Program-made: the position numbers and the translations under genes
Notes under the pieces: generated by a model
The model's database searches: none
The model's input: the letters and a program-made list of their open reading frames with translations, nothing else
What the model was told of the DNA's origin: nothing
Source: Pseudobdellovibrionaceae bacterium
GTDB lineage: Bacteria; Bdellovibrionota; Bdellovibrionia; Bdellovibrionales; UBA1609
Assembly (NCBI GenBank): GCA_030591685.1
Contig: JAUVAX010000004.1
Coordinates: 40,230 to 104,229 of the forward strand
DNA: 64,000 nt
Direction of reading: 5' to 3'
In this document: piece by piece, positions 18,191-27,860 of the stretch
Layout of the letters: each line of letters starts with the position of its first letter
Position numbering within the stretch: position 1 is the stretch's first letter

Positions 18191-19633
18191 TTATGCGTTG
18201 GCTCTAGGGGCGCCGGTAAGGGGCTTGTTAATGACATGAACCGCGTGCCCAAGGGCGGCCTCAGCCACCTCCATCATGGTTTCACCAAGCGTTGGGTGAG
18301 GGTGAATACTTAAAGCTAAATCCTCAAGTCGAACGCCCATTTCAATGCCTAAAACAGCCTCGCTAATAAGGTTAGAAGCTTCAGGTCCAACAATATGAAC
18401 ACCTAAAACAATATGAGTTTTTTCGTCAGCAATAATTTTTATAAAACCATCTGTTTCTAATATCGCAACGGCTCGGCCATTAGCAGCAAAGGGGAATTTA
18501 CCAATCTTTAACTCGTGGTGTCCATTTTGTTTGCATTGCTCCTCAGTCCAACCGGCACTAGCTATCTCTGGGTCAGTAAAAATAACCGCAGGCACTGTCT
18601 TGGCGTCGTACACACGGTTGTGACCCGCTATAACCTCAGCAACAAGAACCCCTTCATGGCTGGCCTTATGCGCCAGCATCGGCTGACCGGCAATATCACC
18701 AATAGCAAAAATATGAGGGATATTAGTTCGACACTGTGGATTTATTTGCACAAAACCACTTTCGTTCACTTTAATACCCACAGCTTTTATATTAAGTTGA
18801 TCTGAGTTTGGTCTACGGCCCACTGTTAGTAATATTTTATCGGCCTCTACGGTTTCGAGTTTTCCTTTAATTTCAGCCGTTACTAAAAGCTTGTTTCCCT
18901 GTTTTTTATAAGACTTTGCAAACGCCGACGTGTGAACTTTAACACCTGACTTTTTAAGCTTTCTCTCGACAACCTTTACACACTCCGCATCAGCGGAACC
19001 TTTTAATAGTGCCCCCCCTGCTTCAAGAACAGTCACCTCAGAGCCCAACTTTTGCAAATAAGAACTAATTTCTAAGCCTATGTACCCACCGCCAATAGTA
19101 ACTATTTTTTGGGGCACTTTTTCTAAATCAAGTGCTCCTGTAGAAGTTAAAATATCCTTTTCATCAGGTTTAAACCCTGGGATTTCAATGGGTCGAGAGC
19201 CCGTTGCGATCACAAAATATTTGGCTGTAATAGTTTTATCACCATTTTTTGTTTTTACACTCAGCTCGTTAACGGTTTTAAACGAGGCTTCTCCTGAAAT
19301 CACCTCTACTTTGTTCCCCTTTAAAAGCTGAGACACCCCGCCTGACATTTTATCGCAAACTGATTGTTTCCAGTTTTTTAATTTCGACATATTAACTTTT
19401 ATGCCCTCGGTGCCTTCAAATCCCATTTTCGGAGCTTCATGTTGGGTTTTATGTAAAAAATGTGCTGCCGCGATCATGGCCTTCGAAGGTATGCAGCCCA
19501 CATTTAAACAAACCCCTCCTAAATACTCCCGCTCAATAACAACTGTTTTATACCCTAACTGAGCCGAACGAATGGCTGCGACATACCCACCAGGGCCTGC
19601 GCCAATAACACATACATCAAAATTCATACTCAT
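18191..19633 (-). CDS. lpdA: dihydrolipoyl dehydrogenase (E3)
   Basis: FAD motif VIGAGPGGYVAA, redox-active disulfide GGVCLNVGCIPSKA, and C-terminal HAHPTLGE-type motif (IHPHPTLGE). Confidence 0.95.
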   Translation of the reverse strand: MSMNFDVCVIGAGPGGYVAAIRSAQLGYKTVVIEREYLGGVCLNVGCIPSKAMIAAAHFLHKTQHEAPKMGFEGTEGIKVNMSKLKNWKQSVCDKMSGGVSQLLKGNKVEVISGEASFKTVNELSVKTKNGDKTITAKYFVIATGSRPIEIPGFKPDEKDILTSTGALDLEKVPQKIVTIGGGYIGLEISSYLQKLGSEVTVLEAGGALLKGSADAECVKVVERKLKKSGVKVHTSAFAKSYKKQGNKLLVTAEIKGKLETVEADKILLTVGRRPNSDQLNIKAVGIKVNESGFVQINPQCRTNIPHIFAIGDIAGQPMLAHKASHEGVLVAEVIAGHNRVYDAKTVPAVIFTDPEIASAGWTEEQCKQNGHHELKIGKFPFAANGRAVAILETDGFIKIIADEKTHIVLGVHIVGPEASNLISEAVLGIEMGVRLEDLALSIHPHPTLGETMMEVAEAALGHAVHVINKPLTGAPRANA

Positions 19634-19648
19634 TTTAATTCGCCTTTT

Positions 19649-20938
19649 TTAAATCATGTCTAAAATTAAATTACTAGGATGCTCTATACGACGCAAAAAG
19701 CCTGACAAAAAGTTCGCTGCAACAGCGCCATCTATTAATCTATGGTCTGCTGTGATCGTAAAGTTCATTACCTTTGCGGCTCTAAATTTGCCATTAACCA
19801 ATATGGGCTTGTCTTGAATTTTGTACATCCCAAGTATAGCCACCTCTGGGTGATTTATGATCGGAGTCGCATAATTACCACCAATACTTCCTATGTTAGT
19901 GATTGTAATCGTAGCTCCTTTCATTTCTTCAGACTTTAACTGACCTGCGCGGGCCCGTCCGGCTAAGTCAGTAATTTCTTGGCTGATCTGTAAAATTGTT
20001 TTTCGATCAGCGTCTTTAATAACAGGAACAACAAGTCCATTTGGTGTATCAGCAGCAAAACCAACATTAAAGTTCTTTTTATAAACAATTTCTTCAGCCG
20101 CATCATCAATGCTTGCATTAAACATTGGAAACTCTCGACATGTGGTGATCAAAGCTTTCATAACAAATGGTAAATAGGTGATTTTAACACCCTGTTTTTC
20201 AGCTGAGATTTTTGCTTGAGTTCTCATTTTTACAAGCTCTGTAACATTGGCTTCATCCATCAATGTGAAATGAGGAATTATTTGCTTAGCCATCTGCATT
20301 TGCTTTGCAATTTTACGTCTTACTCCTCTTAAGGGGACTCTTTCCTCAACAACTCCGGAGTGACTTGTGTAGGCCGGAGGCGCTATAGAGGGCGCGCTCA
20401 TCTCAGGTTTAGTTTTAGCAACAACACCTTGGTTTTTAGCCTGTAAAACATCCTCTCTGGTAACTCTTCCGGCCAGGCCTGACCCACCTACTATATTAAG
20501 ATCCACCTCTAACTCTCGCGCCAGTCTTCTTGTACTCGGTGTGGCGAGTACTTTTGAATCCGCAACGGGGGGATAGACCTCACCGCTCAAATGAAAACCG
20601 TTTGAACTTGCAGGCTCCGCTGGCTTTTGAGTTGCTTTACTGGCGACCGGACTCACTGACGGGGCCTTTTTCTCTTTGAACGTAGACTTATTTGTCGCAT
20701 CAACATCTAATATTAAAAGGGGTGTCTCAATGGGGACTATTTCCCCCTCAGAAGCTTTAAGCTCCTTCACTATTCCTGAAACAGGTGTGGGCACTTCTAC
20801 TGTGGCTTTATCTGTTAATACCTCGGCAATGGGCTGATCGGCCTCAACCTTGTCGCCAATCGAAACTAACCATTTTACCATTTCACCCTCAGTTACACCC
20901 TCGCCAATATCAGGTAAGTTTACAGTTTGTGTTGCCAT
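19649..20938 (-). CDS. 2-oxoacid dehydrogenase E2 dihydrolipoamide acyltransferase (single lipoyl domain)
   Basis: Lipoyl domain EVLTDKATVEVPTPVSG, peripheral subunit-binding domain ATPSTRRLARELEVDL..GSGLAGRVTREDV, and catalytic DHRLIDGA. Confidence 0.9.
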   Translation of the reverse strand: MATQTVNLPDIGEGVTEGEMVKWLVSIGDKVEADQPIAEVLTDKATVEVPTPVSGIVKELKASEGEIVPIETPLLILDVDATNKSTFKEKKAPSVSPVASKATQKPAEPASSNGFHLSGEVYPPVADSKVLATPSTRRLARELEVDLNIVGGSGLAGRVTREDVLQAKNQGVVAKTKPEMSAPSIAPPAYTSHSGVVEERVPLRGVRRKIAKQMQMAKQIIPHFTLMDEANVTELVKMRTQAKISAEKQGVKITYLPFVMKALITTCREFPMFNASIDDAAEEIVYKKNFNVGFAADTPNGLVVPVIKDADRKTILQISQEITDLAGRARAGQLKSEEMKGATITITNIGSIGGNYATPIINHPEVAILGMYKIQDKPILVNGKFRAAKVMNFTITADHRLIDGAVAANFLSGFLRRIEHPSNLILDMI

Positions 20939-20964
20939 GTTTTTGACTCCTTAATTTTTGATTT

Positions 20965-21924
20965 TTATATTTCTCTTTGTTTTTCGATAACGCCTTTAAT
21001 AAAATACTCACCCGCTTTGTATGAGCTCCGCACAAGTGGGCCACTGGCCACGTATAGAAACCCCATTTGCTCGGCCTCAGCTTTCCATGACTGAAATTTT
21101 TCTGGAGTCACGAACTCCTCAACTTTTAATTGCTTGCGTGTTGGCTGTAAGTATTGACCAAAGGTCACAACATCACAACCAATCTCTCTTAAATCTCTTA
21201 AAGTTTTTCTGACCTCTTCATCTGTTTCACCAAGGCCCAACATAATCGAAGTTTTTGTATAGGTTTTAGGGCTCTCAGACTTAACAAACTCTAACACCTT
21301 AAGGGTTTGCCAGTAACCGGCCCTTCGATCTCTCACTTTTTTTGTTAAACGCTCCACTGTTTCAATGTTTTGAGCAAAAACGTGGGGCTGAGCCTCGATC
21401 AATTTTAAAACATGATCTGTGTTTCCTTGAAAGTCCGAAGTAAGTACCTCAATAATAATTTTGGGGTCCTTTTTTTTAATCTCACAAATAGTGTCGGCAA
21501 AGTGCTGAGCCCCCCCGTCGTCAAGGTCGTCCCGATCTACACTAGTTAAAACAATATAACTTAAATTCATTTCGCCAATGGCATACCCCATTTTTTGTGG
21601 CTCTTTTTCGTCCACTACGCCTTTGGGGTTCCCTGACTTAACGGCGCAAAATCGACAACCTCGAGTGCAGGTATCTCCGAGCAACATGACCGTCGCAGTA
21701 CCACCAGCCCAACACTCGGCCATGTTGGGGCATACCGCCTCCTGACAAACTGTCGACAATTTTAAATCCTTAAGCAGTGATTTGACCTTAAGGTATTTTT
21801 CGCCCGAGGGGGGGCGCATTTTAATCCATGCTGGCTTTGGCTGTTTTTTATGATCTTTTTTTTTCACTTCACTCGGTAAAAGGCCTGGCATAATGCCTCC
21901 AAAATATAAATTGATAGTGCTCAT
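20965..21924 (-). CDS. lipA: lipoyl synthase
   Basis: Auxiliary cluster motif CQEAVCPNMAECW and radical-SAM motif CTRGCRFCAV. Confidence 0.95.
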   Translation of the reverse strand: MSTINLYFGGIMPGLLPSEVKKKDHKKQPKPAWIKMRPPSGEKYLKVKSLLKDLKLSTVCQEAVCPNMAECWAGGTATVMLLGDTCTRGCRFCAVKSGNPKGVVDEKEPQKMGYAIGEMNLSYIVLTSVDRDDLDDGGAQHFADTICEIKKKDPKIIIEVLTSDFQGNTDHVLKLIEAQPHVFAQNIETVERLTKKVRDRRAGYWQTLKVLEFVKSESPKTYTKTSIMLGLGETDEEVRKTLRDLREIGCDVVTFGQYLQPTRKQLKVEEFVTPEKFQSWKAEAEQMGFLYVASGPLVRSSYKAGEYFIKGVIEKQREI

Positions 21925-22147
21925 GTTTTTAAAGTCTATGAGAATAAAAGTCCATCGTCTTTACAGATAGGGGGCTATGACTCGGCGCGTGACCACCTCG
22001 TCCGCAAAAACCCCCCATATCCCAGCACACTCCTTGCGCTCAAGAGGCCTGAGTACTTAAAGTCCATGCTGCGCTATGGATACATAAATTTGAATATTTA
22101 AATATAAGATGTTTTCATTTTCAACACTGAAAAGGGCTCAATAAATA

Positions 22148-22900
22148 ATGCATTTTAAATCTCCATTACTAAAAGGACAGTTTGTTCGACGCTATAAAAG
22201 GTTTTTTGCAGACATCGAATATCAAGGCAAAATCATTACCGCCCACACACCCAATACCGGGAGCATGAAAGGGTGCCTATACGAGGGGGCTGATTGTTAC
22301 TTTTCCTTTCATGATGACCCAAAGAGAAAGCTTAAATACACACTTGAAATTTTACAAACCCCCACCTCTCTTGTTGGAGTCAATACGGGGCTCCCTAACA
22401 AACTGGTTAAAGAGGCCTTTGATAATAACGAGGTCCCCCAATGGAAAAATTATACCGAAGGGCGCCTGGAAACAAAAATTAACGAAAAAACGCGCATTGA
22501 CCTGGCCCTTTGGAACCATCAAGGCGAACTCACACATCTAAAAAAGTGGGATCAAAAATTAATTGAAAAGTATAAGTTTCATTTTATAGAGGTTAAAAAT
22601 GTCACTATGGCAAATAAGGACACGGCTCTCTTCCCTGATTCGGTCACTCTTCGCGGGCAAAAGCACATTAACGAGCTCATGGATTTAGTGGATAAGGGCC
22701 ATACCTGCGAACTCGTCTTCACCATACAGAGAAGCGACGTCACCCAGTTTTCAGCCGCAGCTGAAATTGACCCCGTTTATGCTCAACTTCTAAAAAAAGC
22801 TCATGAAAAAGGCGTTCTTATCAGCCCCTACCTCTGTGACATTACCCCTAGCGCCATTAAACTAAACCCACAAAAAAAGCTCCCAATAATATTTAACTAG
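22148..22900 (+). CDS. sfsA: SfsA-family DNA/sugar-fermentation stimulation protein
   Basis: RYKRFFADIEY.GKIITAHTPNTGSM and FIEVKNVT match the SfsA N-terminal OB domain and nuclease-like core. Confidence 0.88.
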   Translation: MHFKSPLLKGQFVRRYKRFFADIEYQGKIITAHTPNTGSMKGCLYEGADCYFSFHDDPKRKLKYTLEILQTPTSLVGVNTGLPNKLVKEAFDNNEVPQWKNYTEGRLETKINEKTRIDLALWNHQGELTHLKKWDQKLIEKYKFHFIEVKNVTMANKDTALFPDSVTLRGQKHINELMDLVDKGHTCELVFTIQRSDVTQFSAAAEIDPVYAQLLKKAHEKGVLISPYLCDITPSAIKLNPQKKLPIIFN

Positions 22901-23005
22901 TTTTTGTCGTTTTGGAAGCAGAGGCATCCCCCGAGGGATCTTTAGGCGTCATACCACTTTATGATGTTTCACGGGTCCTCTTGGTGGCCCTTTAGAGTTT
23001 ACACT

Positions 23006-23039
23006 AAAAAAAAGGCTCATGGTTACACGAGCCTTTTTT
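23006..23039. terminator. short bidirectional intrinsic terminator between convergent sfsA and the dsbA-like gene
   Basis: A-run (23006-23013), stem GGCTC (23014-23018) / GAGCC (23029-23033), T-run (23034-23039). The stem is only 5 bp, so confidence is moderate. Confidence 0.45.
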
Positions 23040-23060
23040 GAAATTAAATTTATAATAAAC

Positions 23061-23846
23061 CTATTTTTTTAGGTGTCTATCTATGATTTTTTTAAAGTGA
23101 CCAAACGGAAAGGCTCCTTTTACTGAAACTCCGTTGACTAAAAACCCCGGTGTTCCTGAAAAACCATATTTTTGAGCTTCAGCCATATCGGCCTCAATAA
23201 CTTTAGAAACTTTTTCAGACTGTAAATCTTTTTTTACACGCTTAAGGTTCGCGCCTGCTTTTTTAGCCATTTTATCTAAAAACTTTTCTTTACCTGACTT
23301 AAGGCCTCCTTGATCTTCAAAAATAAGATCATGAAACTTTTCAGCCTTTTTATGATTTTGCAGAGCTATGGCCTCATAATATCGAGCGGCTGGCTCGGCC
23401 ATAGGGTGAAAACTTAATGGCAAATGCTTATAAATAACTCGCACTTTATCACCATAAGCCTTTTTAATTTCGTTCACAACCTTATAGCCACGAGTGCAAA
23501 AGGGGCATTCAAAATCTGAGTACTCTACAATTGTTACGGGGGCATTTTTGCTGCCAAAGATCACTCGCCCGTCTTCAATGACTGGGACCTTAGGATTATT
23601 AAACTCATCTTCCATGGCTTGTGTTTGAGCTTTTGCCTGACCTTCTCGGGCCTCAGACTTTGCTTTTTCAACAGCCTTGTTTAAGGTGTCTAAGAAAAGC
23701 TTAGGGTGCTTATCTATTACATTTGTTAAAATTTCAGGGTTTTCTTCAAGGGTTTTTTTAAGTTGGTCTTTTGACGTACATGAAAGCGAAAAGGCAACAA
23801 ATACTAACAACAAATATTTAAATTTCATACAAATAGGCTCCTTCAT
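23061..23846 (-). CDS. DsbA-family thiol:disulfide oxidoreductase (secreted/lipoprotein)
   Basis: Signal peptide ending FSLSCTS. Thioredoxin-fold active site EYSDFECPFCTRG. GTPGFLVNG near the C-terminus is typical of DsbA-like proteins. Confidence 0.8.
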   Translation of the reverse strand: MKEPICMKFKYLLLVFVAFSLSCTSKDQLKKTLEENPEILTNVIDKHPKLFLDTLNKAVEKAKSEAREGQAKAQTQAMEDEFNNPKVPVIEDGRVIFGSKNAPVTIVEYSDFECPFCTRGYKVVNEIKKAYGDKVRVIYKHLPLSFHPMAEPAARYYEAIALQNHKKAEKFHDLIFEDQGGLKSGKEKFLDKMAKKAGANLKRVKKDLQSEKVSKVIEADMAEAQKYGFSGTPGFLVNGVSVKGAFPFGHFKKIIDRHLKK

Positions 23847-23916
23847 TTAGTTAATAAGTGTCTCATATTGTGACAGAAGCAAACCTTAATGAAAAGAGAT
23901 ATTTATCAATACTTTT

Positions 23917-24540
23917 GTGCCGTTTTTATATATAATGTCATATATGATTCTAAGATTTCTAATATATTTTTTACTGACCTTTTTCTCTTTGTTCTCTATA
24001 GCCAAAACATATAAGTACAAAGAGCTTATGAACATTAAACCTTATGATTTTTTAGTACAAGTGAAGGTACAAATTGAAAAATCCCAAAAAAATGATATCC
24101 CCCCGGCACTGCAGCTTGAACTTTTAAGGGAGACGCTGAAACGCACGCTCTCCAGGCCCGACAGGGACAACACCCTAATAGAGGTCATGCCACCGCTTAG
24201 AGCCGCCCTGGAGAACCTCTCCTCTTTCGGGGTAACACTACTTAGCCTTACAAATGGCGCTCTTTTAGTGGCTAAAAATAAGGACCTAAGTCCTGAGGTG
24301 ATTGCTACGAGTTACTTTTTTTTAGAAAACACCTTGAGTGAAATCCGCCCCCTACTGGCCTCGAATAAGGTTTTTATGCAAATACTAATGGCCATTCATG
24401 ATGCCAACATAAAAGTGAATCCAAAAGCAAAGTCCTATAGGCGCCTTCATGGTATCTTTAAAACCCATTCGCCCTCCCTTTTAGCTAAAAAAATACTGGC
24501 CCTTAATCCCTCAAAAAAGCCCACCGCCTCAAAACGATAA
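23917..24540 (+). CDS. hypothetical exported/membrane protein
   Basis: Long ORF with a hydrophobic N-terminus (ILRFLIYFLLTFFSLFSIA). No recognisable motif. Confidence 0.4.
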   Translation: MPFLYIMSYMILRFLIYFLLTFFSLFSIAKTYKYKELMNIKPYDFLVQVKVQIEKSQKNDIPPALQLELLRETLKRTLSRPDRDNTLIEVMPPLRAALENLSSFGVTLLSLTNGALLVAKNKDLSPEVIATSYFFLENTLSEIRPLLASNKVFMQILMAIHDANIKVNPKAKSYRRLHGIFKTHSPSLLAKKILALNPSKKPTASKR

Positions 24541-24595
24541 GACTAAAGTCCTACGGCCAATAGTCCGACCTATTACATAGAAGTAAAGGTTTTAG

Positions 24596-25084
24596 ATGTC
24601 GGATAAAGTCATTAAAAAATGGGTCTTATTATTAAATATCGGGTTTGTCTCGACAACCGGTATAATTGCGGCTTTAACGGTCTTAAACCCGGGCCCACTT
24701 CGTGCTGCCACCGAAACTCTTAAAGGTCGCACGCCAGCAAGTCTGCCTGCCATAAGCACTGTCGCTAAAGACATTCAGGCAAAAAATTTAATCACGACAA
24801 TTCAACTCACCTGCTCTAAAGGTCACAAACAAACCCTCACCGTGCCGGCTGAAACTCTTCAGGTTCGACTCACCGGGAAGCATTGCAACCCCAATAGCGA
24901 TTTTAAATTTACAAAAATTATTAATAAATCGAGCAACTATCAGGCGACCGTTTTCAAGCTCTCAAACAACTCATTTACAAGTGATCTCATCCAACTGTCT
25001 CAAGAAAAAAACACGTTTTTTATTGAGGAGCTCGACAAAAAAGGCCTCAAGCAGGTTTTAAAACTCACTATTTTAGTTGAGTAA
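24596..25084 (+). CDS. hypothetical membrane-anchored protein
   Basis: N-terminal TM WVLLLNIGFVSTTGIIAALTVL and a beta-rich C-terminus. No recognisable motif. Confidence 0.4.
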   Translation: MSDKVIKKWVLLLNIGFVSTTGIIAALTVLNPGPLRAATETLKGRTPASLPAISTVAKDIQAKNLITTIQLTCSKGHKQTLTVPAETLQVRLTGKHCNPNSDFKFTKIINKSSNYQATVFKLSNNSFTSDLIQLSQEKNTFFIEELDKKGLKQVLKLTILVE

Positions 25085-25089
25085 ATATT

Positions 25090-25932
25090 CTACAGCGTCC
25101 AAAGAAAACCCATTAACAGTAACTCCTCGCCAATTTCTCCGGTTGTGTTTTCTATAAAATTTTCGGGGGCACTTGATGTCCAAGAAAGGGTCGCCTCTAA
25201 ATTTGACTCTAATTGTCGTCGCCCTACAAGACTGAGTTTATTTGACACGCCCTTGTAGTGCGTCTCTACTTGGGTTCTTTTGTCTACGGGGTAGCTTAGA
25301 GAAATCACCTGCTCTGTCGCCTCTCCTGGGCCCACAGAGCTAGAGTCCATTTGCACTGAATAGCTCGCCTTGATTTTGAAAGGGTTCAAAAGGTCTACTT
25401 TCATAGAATTTGTAACTAATGAATAATTAATTTTTAACCCATAACCTTTTTTAATTTTTATATTATACTTAGATACCACCTCTTTAAACTCATAGGCTTT
25501 TTTAAGGGATTTGCTATTTTTAGCGTACCTGTCCATATGAAACTCGGCCAACCTTCTGACAATAAATTGACCATACCTGTCCCTACGAAGCCCATCCTCT
25601 GCAAGGGAGATTTGCTCCCCAGGTAAATAAGAAACTTGTGTGTATTGGTTCTGAGCCAAGCGAGAGGGCACGATACCTGTGTATCCAAAGTCCTGCCGAT
25701 ACCTCTCATTAAATTCCCCGATGAGCTTTACGTTAAAAATTTTCTTATTTAGGTTTGATGAATCCTGATGAGGGTTTAAAACAGGGACAACTTCCTCCAC
25801 CAACTCCTTGTCCGCTCTTAAATTCTGATGCGGCTCAGGCCGCTCACATAACCCGAAAGACCCACTACATAAAATAAGAGCCGCTATGGCAGTACAGGTT
25901 AAACTATTAAAAATGGCTCTTTTCGCTCTCAT
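25090..25932 (-). CDS. hypothetical secreted beta-rich protein
   Basis: Signal-like N-terminus LTCTAIAALILCSGSFG. The C-terminal half has alternating-polarity strands (LKINYSLV, KIKASYSVQM, VISLSYPV, LEATLSWT), suggesting a beta-sheet or barrel fold. Confidence 0.45.
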   Translation of the reverse strand: MRAKRAIFNSLTCTAIAALILCSGSFGLCERPEPHQNLRADKELVEEVVPVLNPHQDSSNLNKKIFNVKLIGEFNERYRQDFGYTGIVPSRLAQNQYTQVSYLPGEQISLAEDGLRRDRYGQFIVRRLAEFHMDRYAKNSKSLKKAYEFKEVVSKYNIKIKKGYGLKINYSLVTNSMKVDLLNPFKIKASYSVQMDSSSVGPGEATEQVISLSYPVDKRTQVETHYKGVSNKLSLVGRRQLESNLEATLSWTSSAPENFIENTTGEIGEELLLMGFLWTL

Positions 25933-26118
25933 GCCTATATACTATGCAACATGAGTGCCAGCCGAGCCGATGTATCTACCTTAAATTACTCAGGTTTTTA
26001 AAGACTTGCCCCTTTTGAGTGTCTACAAACTGTTCTTCTGTAAAAATTTTTGCCGCAGGTCTATATGGCCCTAGTTTGTCTAATATATTCGACAGGTTAG
26101 AGAAATCACCTTATTTTA

Positions 26119-26868
26119 TTGATGTGGCATATAACTTCTTATAATGTGATCAACCTTAACAAAACAAAGTATCTTACTAAACCTTGGGATTCTTGTATGG
26201 GACTGATGGGAGCCAGAATGGCTTTTAACACAAACATTAAAAGCACTTTAAAAACAAAATCAGACGTGCACTTAGCACGTAAAATTTGGCACTTTTTAGG
26301 CATTGTACTGATTGCTATTTTTTACAATAATTTTAGTCGGCAAGTGGGCTTAAGCCTATCATTGTCCTTAGCTGTTAGTAGCCTACTTTTGGACTTTATA
26401 AGACTGCATAATGAGCGCTTTAATGCTGTTGTTATTAAAATTATGTCACCTATTATGCGAGACCGAGAGCGAAATACATACACTGGCACTACGGCTTTAT
26501 TTTTTGGAGTGTTTATTGTTGTGTGGCTGTTCCCCGAAAGAATCGTACAGATGAGCTTACTTTTTTTAGCCACCGCAGACCCTATTGCGAGTTACTTTGG
26601 CATTAAATACGGTAAAGATAAAATTGTCGGCGAAAAAAGCCTACAGGGCGCTTTAGCTGCCTTTGTTTGCTGCACTGTTATTTCAGTTATCTTTTACTTT
26701 AATGAAGGGCTTATGACTGAGAGGATTTTAATTGTAAGTCTTCTTTCTGGCCTCATTGGCTCTGTTAGTGAGCTGATTGCAGTAGGCAAACTGGATGACA
26801 ACTTAACCTACCCTGTGATAAATAGTTTTCTACTCTGGTTTTTATTTCGAATTTTTGGAGGGCTTTAA
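26119..26868 (+). CDS. polyprenol/diacylglycerol kinase - phosphatidate cytidylyltransferase-like membrane protein
   Basis: Polytopic. ATADPIASYFGIKYGK.KI..EKSLQGALAAFV resembles the CTP-dependent kinase/CdsA-type motif. The likely true start is the ATG at 26218 (MAFNTN), preceded by GGGAG at 26208-26212. It is adjacent to pssA. Confidence 0.55.
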   Translation: MMWHITSYNVINLNKTKYLTKPWDSCMGLMGARMAFNTNIKSTLKTKSDVHLARKIWHFLGIVLIAIFYNNFSRQVGLSLSLSLAVSSLLLDFIRLHNERFNAVVIKIMSPIMRDRERNTYTGTTALFFGVFIVVWLFPERIVQMSLLFLATADPIASYFGIKYGKDKIVGEKSLQGALAAFVCCTVISVIFYFNEGLMTERILIVSLLSGLIGSVSELIAVGKLDDNLTYPVINSFLLWFLFRIFGGL

Positions 26869-26904
26869 ACAAAGCCCCATTTAAGTAAAGGTGGTAATAA
26901 CAAT

Positions 26905-27699
26905 ATGGCCAGCAACGAATCAAGGCCTCCCCGAAGAGAGCGCATAAAAAAAAGACTTAAAGAAAGTGTCAATCAAAACATTTACGTACTGCCTAATTTG
27001 CTGACAACTGGTAATTTGTTTTGTGGTTTTTTTGCCATCATTTACTCTATAAAAGGCTCCTTTTTAATTGCGGCCTACGCCATTGTCGCCGCAGCCATGT
27101 TTGACCTTTTAGATGGCCGAGTGGCCCGCATGACTCGCTCAGAGAGCGAGTTTGGCGCCGAGTATGATTCACTTTGTGACCTCGTAAGCTTTGGCATGGC
27201 TCCTGCGTTAATATTATACTTATGGTCCTTACAAAGCTTTGGCCGCATAGGTTGGTTGGCTGCTTTTTTTTACGTGGCCTGCACAGCACTTCGTCTCGCT
27301 CGATTTAACGTCCATAAAGAGGTTGTCGGGCGAGGATACTTTCAGGGTCTCCCCTCGCCTATGGCGGCGGGGATTGTTGCCAGCTCTGTATTAGCTTTCG
27401 CCGATTTAACTTGGGATGCTAATAAATCAAGACTTCTACTGAGCATCACATTTTTATTAGGATTTGTTATGGTGACTAATTTTCGCTATAGAAGCTTTAA
27501 GGACATTGATCTTAAAGAGCGTCTCCCCTTTAAGTACCTTGTTTTCGGTGTGTTTATCTTAGCTATCGTGGCCATCCGACCTGAGGTTATGTTGTTTGTG
27601 TTGTTTTTAACCTACGCCTCTTTAGGGGCGATTTTTGGTATTCTCAAACTTGGGAGAGCTAAAAAAACAACCGAAAACGTAGATCTTGATGAGGCTTAA
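26905..27699 (+). CDS. pssA: CDP-diacylglycerol--serine O-phosphatidyltransferase
   Basis: CDP-alcohol phosphatidyltransferase motif DLLDGRVARMTRSESEFGAEYDSLCDLVSFG (D-G-x2-A-R-x8-G-x3-D-x3-D). Confidence 0.9.
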   Translation: MASNESRPPRRERIKKRLKESVNQNIYVLPNLLTTGNLFCGFFAIIYSIKGSFLIAAYAIVAAAMFDLLDGRVARMTRSESEFGAEYDSLCDLVSFGMAPALILYLWSLQSFGRIGWLAAFFYVACTALRLARFNVHKEVVGRGYFQGLPSPMAAGIVASSVLAFADLTWDANKSRLLLSITFLLGFVMVTNFRYRSFKDIDLKERLPFKYLVFGVFILAIVAIRPEVMLFVLFLTYASLGAIFGILKLGRAKKTTENVDLDEA

Positions 27700-27860
27700 C
27701 TCACAAATCAAACCCTAAAAACCACCAAAAAGCTCCTGTTAGTACTATACTTTATTAAAAGTTCGGCTCCGTCCTTCTTCTGGTTTTTCGACTTAAATGA
27801 GCTACAAATATATAAGTGTATTTTTTTGACTTCAACATAAGGTCATGATGTCATAAATAC

